From Phoronis australis (Eukaryota; Animalia; Phoronida): a DNA stretch of 64,000 nucleotides. The stretch is from contig NMRA01000617.1 in the NCBI GenBank assembly GCA_002633005.1, positions 132,367-196,366 of the forward strand, read 5' to 3'. This document shows, piece after piece, positions 62,526-64,000 of this stretch. The translations under genes were made by a program, and so were the position numbers. The notes beneath the pieces were generated by a model. It worked only from the letters and a program-made list of their open reading frames with translations, did not search any database and was not told the origin of the DNA. Numbering within the stretch: position 1 is the first letter of the stretch; each line of letters begins with the position of its first letter.

Positions 62526-64000
62526 AGCTTGAGTATTTCGAGACAATATGCAAAATCGATTGCACACCTTGACAGTAACACGTGTTTAAAATAATTGATC
62601 ACACGTTCTACGATACGAATCGTCACAGCAAAAGCGCGTTATCGTACTCCTAGTCCTTTTCAGTAATCCCTTACGAAATTATACCTATCCTAAACAAGTG
62701 TAACAGGTTATAATCGCGTCGGGTGAATATCAGGTTTACGATAGTAAATAGTCTCACAGTTCGCGCCTTCTTACAGTCTTTGGAGGGCCTGTGGAAACAA
62801 GAACTCGTTGTATGCCGTATCTATTCCAGTGGTCACAAACTAATTCCATGTCTCTCAAATTCCTCCCATAGTCGATTTGTTGTATTCGTTTCTTACGCTT
62901 TTACCGCAGCTGAATCGTTGTCTACTTGAAGTTGGTGTAGCGTAACAACTCTGAAATACAATTGCTGCTCATTATTCGAGCAACTGCCCGATCAATCTTC
63001 CCACAGTGACACCCGCATGCGACCTCCTATCGCGCTCTGAATAGGTATACGTGACAAGTACCCTGTATGTTTGAGTACGCAAACAGTCTTTGTACATTCG
63101 TTCCTGTTCGTTATCGGAGTCTAAGGGCCTCATGTTATATTAAATAGATAGCTCGACTTCTATGTGCGTGTGATAGTACTTGTGTATCTGATCCGCTATA
63201 CTGTAATGTACAGTAAATTGCTGTGATATGCGGATACAGTTCAATTTACCACGATCACGACTGCAGGGCATTCCAGTGCAGTCCATGATGCTACACGTGA
63301 CATTTTATCCACAGCATAAGCGAAAGCTTAGGCGAAAACTGTCAAAACATTGCGTTCTTAGTGTGATGGCGTCCCTTACCGAAATGCGTTGACGACCGGT
63401 ACAAAAGCAAGCTGACTGAAACTTCATCTCAATCAATGAGCTTCACGTACGGCGTTTGATGTGCTGTTCAATCAACACAAGAACGATGACATCATCGCCG
63501 TCTCGGAAACTTGACTCTCAAAATACAACTGACTACTACAGAGCACGACGAAGGTTGAATAACTGAGCAACAATAATGGAACGACAACGCACCCCCTAAT
63601 GTCCTGGCGTCATCTCTTGTAGTATGATATTCTGTATTCTGTCCACCTTGTAACGCCACAGCGCAGTTGCAAATTTACACACTGTCCATGTTTTGAGAGT
63701 TTCTCGTAAATTGCTTGGTTGAACAAATCTGTGCATTGTGAATACACACAGTATTGACGATTACCGTTCATGTAACCACAACACCACAGCGTGAGTGAGA
63801 GCCATGTCGGTCAGAAATTCAACATCAACAGAAACCAGTCTCGATTCAGCCGGCGACTTCAGTCAATGTACATTGATCTAATAGAATCCAGGGCGCTCGT
63901 CTCTTCCCCATTCACTTGACTTTGTACTCACGAAGAACTACGAACTAGGCTGGCCAGCTGTGTGAGTTTACCAAAGATACTATATCCCAATCTTTGAGTT

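Overview
Animal (invertebrate, AT-rich, intron- and repeat-rich; lophotrochozoan origin is a guess) draft-assembly sequence, not prokaryotic. Most ORF-track entries are spurious. Three host genes can be reconstructed by hand. (1) The 5' part of a DRGX/Prrxl1 paired-type homeobox gene on the minus strand (coding exons 5595-5529, 2155-2064, 1725-1624), whose homeobox contains a GC-AG intron. (2) A complete 8-coding-exon GDA1/CD39-family NTPDase (apyrase) on the plus strand (36249-58426, 459 aa). It has all five apyrase conserved regions, an unusual E-for-D in ACR4, an N-terminal signal-peptide-like segment and a C-terminus resembling a GPI-anchor signal. (3) A ZIP (SLC39A1/2/3-like) metal transporter with an uninterrupted CDS on the minus strand (62525-61608), convergent with the NTPDase. 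The rest holds a three-level transposon nest (Kolobok-like/THAP element containing a short-LTR Gypsy, which contains a long-TIR foldback), several Tc1/mariner remnants, a decayed LINE, many MITEs and palindromes, a ~430-bp-unit tandem repeat element, and a 626-N gap. Two near-identical duplications flank single-N joins and are probably unmerged haplotypes. Family assignments come from motifs read by eye; no database search was run.
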